DNA of 63,172 nt, filler included, from Collodictyon triciliatum (lineage: Eukaryota), in NCBI GenBank assembly GCA_043381765.1. It is 6 parts of 5 records of this genome, joined end to end, with 100 filler letters (N's around TTAATTAATTAA, not from the genome) between each part and the next. Parts side by side here need not be neighbours in the genome. Positions count along the whole stretch, not along the records: positions 60,368 to 63,172 come from JBHJMP010002017.1; 5 more parts are not named here. One strand, 5' to 3'. Position 1 is the first letter of the stretch, and every line of letters begins with the position of its first letter. Shown piece by piece: positions 60,539 to 63,172 of the stretch. The position numbers and the translations under genes were made by a program. Under the pieces are notes generated by a model, which saw nothing but the letters and a program-made list of their open reading frames with translations, had not been told where the DNA came from and ran no database searches.

Positions 60539-61221
60539 CGGCGACCAGCGAACACAACTGACTGTAGCCATGTGGTCGGTGATGGCACACAAACATTTTT
60601 CGTGACTGGGCGAGTTTTCCAATAATTCGTTGATGATTGGTGCGGTGCTCCATATCCGGATGATACGATCTTATCATGGGTATTTATAAATAGTAGAAGA
60701 AAAACACAGTTGGAGGTAAAATAAAAAGAAGGGAGGAAAAAGTGAACAGGAGTAAACTGAAATATGCAGGCGTATATGCTTTATCTAATTTTTTTGATTA
60801 TTTTGCCAATTCAAAAGAATAAAAGAATTTATTTGTCAGTTCAAAAAAACAGAAAGAAAATAGTGAATAATAATATTAGCAGTCGTTTTTGATAAATTTA
60901 TATATCTCACTGAGAAGGAAAATGACATAGTCAGGGGTTTACCTTCGCCGCTGGTAGCCAACCTTGTTCCATCTGGATGAACGTCAACAGAGAAGATAAT
61001 CCTAGATTCTATGATAAGCATTCTTTGGGTGAGATTTATCAACGTCAAATCACATTCTCTGAGTTTCATACAATCGTAGAAAAATAGGATGCTTTCTCCC
61101 ATTTTCTTCTAGGGCCCTTCTGAATCTAATGATGTATTTTCATAGTGGACCTTTCTAATGACTTGTTTCAAATATCTGCAAACTCACCATGTGTTATCCA
61201 GCTCGGCTTGATTACCTTCAT
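60539..61221 (-). CDS. HIRA: Histone chaperone HIRA, first three exons (3' truncated)
   Basis: MKVIKPSWITH-ESRIIFSVDVHPDGTRLATSGE-DRIIRIW...LCAITDHMATVSCVRWSP matches the HIRA/Hir1 N-terminus. Confidence 0.9.
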
Positions 61222-62757
61222 TGATAAATGGCAGATTCCACGGGACTCTAGGGGTTTGCAATCTTTATCTAATGAAGGTACATGATTATAAAGTTCAATT
61301 TTTTTGACGCTTGAAAGTAAATATGGTCGTTTTCTTTTATTGATATAAATGACACGATTGCAGGGGGTGATAAGCGGCATTTCTGAAGAGAAGTGTGTCT
61401 TTTCTAGTGCATTCTTTTGTTTCCAGTATCAACTACAACGCTAAAGCGTCTGATTCTGTCCAACGAGGGGTTTATCTTCCTATAAAGATTTTTCACCGTT
61501 GATCGATCAACAGAATCAGCACTGAAAGAAACATATCAGTCTCTTCATAAAAAAAGAAAAAAAGGACTGGAGTTTGGGCAAAGTAACAGATAGAGACGGA
61601 CCGAAATACCCTCTCGGCCTGCGTTGGGTCTTGCTTCTTTCTTTCCTTTTCTTTTCTTGTCTTTACCGAACCAGTGGGGAAGGAAATAAATTTTTGATTC
61701 ATTCAGCTGTTGGCCAAATCGTTTGAAATTGCCATTGTGCCACAAATTTTGGTGGCGGCTGCACGGCACAAAAAAGCGGTGCTATATTTTCCAGACATAG
61801 ATAATAGACATAAATTGTCTTTTACAACTTATTGCGGAATTTATTCAACATTTTGCTTGTATTTATGTTCGCAATATAAGGGCAGTATTTCGAATGATTA
61901 TGATACATCCATGTGAAGAATATTGTGTTCTATTACCACACACGGGTAACATTTCTATTCGCACATCAACCAGTCTTAAAGTTGTCTAAAAGTAAAGCAA
62001 TCATTTCAGATTTCATGCTCCTTTTTATTTCATGATCAATTTGCGTGTTGTCTTGATTATTTTATTTTTTTCCCTTGTGTGTTTTTAAACAAACAAAAAG
62101 GTATCTTTGCATTTATGGGGAGCTAATCATTTTAATTTTTCAACAAAGTCTTGTTTCCAATCTAGAATTGAGCTACTGGCTCCTAGCACCGAGCCTTTCA
62201 TCCAAACTAATATATTATTCATCAAATTTTCGTCAAGGATGTTCCCCCTTTATTCCATTCAAAGTCATGGAATCCATCTTTTACTAATCTTTTCAACTCT
62301 GGTAACCATCTGATTTTTTTTTTATAGAAAGAAATGGACTATCGAATGTCCTTTCTGTTTTAAAAAACTTGTCTCGTACTTTGAATCGAATAAAGGAAAA
62401 AAAAAACTTATCTCGTAAAAGATAGCAAATTATTGAAGAGCATATTCGTATATAAGGAGATATGTTGTCTCACTCAACAAGTTGTCATGGTATCGACAAT
62501 TATTTTCGCAAGCTATCAGCAGCTATTTTTATATTACAAGTTAAGTGTTTTACCAAACAAAATTTCGGTTGCTCTCCACTGGAGTGATTTTTCTTCTTCT
62601 ACAGGCGTGCTCGACCCATTTTTATACTAATCTGATAAAACTAAAGCGACAGTAAGGTTTTTATATTCCTTTCGAATTATAGTGCCAAATTGATCAAAAT
62701 CATGCATCGAGATTGCTAATGGAGGAAAAGTAGAAAAAGCTTTTATTTACTTATTGG

Positions 62758-63172
62758 CTACCACTGGTCGATTTGCTCGTAGCACCTGATGTGTCGTGAT
62801 TTCCATTTTCGTCTTTCAGCTTCGATGTCCCCCGATAGCTGCGCAATCAGTTTATCTTCGACCGATACGATTTTCTTTTTTTGACCTTCACTCCACGATG
62901 AGGGTTTTGTAGAGGTTGACATGAGAACGTCTCTTTCTTTTTCGAGTGTCCTTCTCTCTATGTTGCTTTTTTCTTGAATTCGCTGGATTTCTCGTTGAGC
63001 AAGGAGATGAGTTTCTCTTTGACAGCCTTCCAGTCGGCGTCTATCGGTTCGTCCTCTGGCGTGTTGAAGTGAGCCCTCAGACTGTGACTGATTTCTTCTA
63101 CAGCTTCCTGGTCGTTGTATGCTCTCCAATCGATACGCTTCGGAGAAGCTGGTTTTCCTCCAGCTGTGTCTA
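62758..63172 (-). CDS. C-terminal part of an unknown charged/coiled-coil protein (partial)
   Basis: Open frame of >120 aa rich in E/R/K/Q at the window edge; no motif recognised. Confidence 0.35.
   Translation of the reverse strand, partial: RHSWRKTSFSEAYRLESIQRPGSCRRNQSQSEGSLQHARGRTDRRRLEGCQRETHLLAQREIQRIQEKSNIERRTLEKERDVLMSTSTKPSSWSEGQKKKIVSVEDKLIAQLSGDIEAERRKWKSRHIRCYEQIDQW

Noticed and set aside
60987..60998. ACAGAGAAGAT resembling the U6 snRNA ACAGAGA box
   Set aside because: It is the antisense of the HIRA IFSV codons, and the flanking U6 sequence is absent.

Overview
Eukaryotic (protist-like) nuclear DNA: AT-rich, intron-dense, full of microsatellites, standard genetic code. The window is not one locus. 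Five artificial 100-bp spacers (44 N + TTAATTAATTAA + 44 N) join six unrelated scaffolds. Genes reconstructed by hand from exons: a fatty-acid-desaturase-family protein, a giant glycine-rich membrane protein (plant At5g11700 type), a spinster-like MFS transporter, an Oxa1/Cox18 insertase with a duplicated C-terminal domain, a RhoGEF fragment, an 11-exon CBA1/BtuF-like cobalamin-binding protein with one in-frame TAG, a decayed Kelch-CUB-TM-kinase-cyclase-kinase receptor, a Sel1-repeat protein, mitochondrial ACP, a CH-DUF4062-NACHT protein, a small HERC E3 ligase, a WD40/Cys-rich multi-pass receptor, a two-domain membrane adenylyl cyclase and the 5' end of HIRA. No rRNA, tRNA, CRISPR array or transposase was recognised. 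All family calls come from motif recognition, not database searches.
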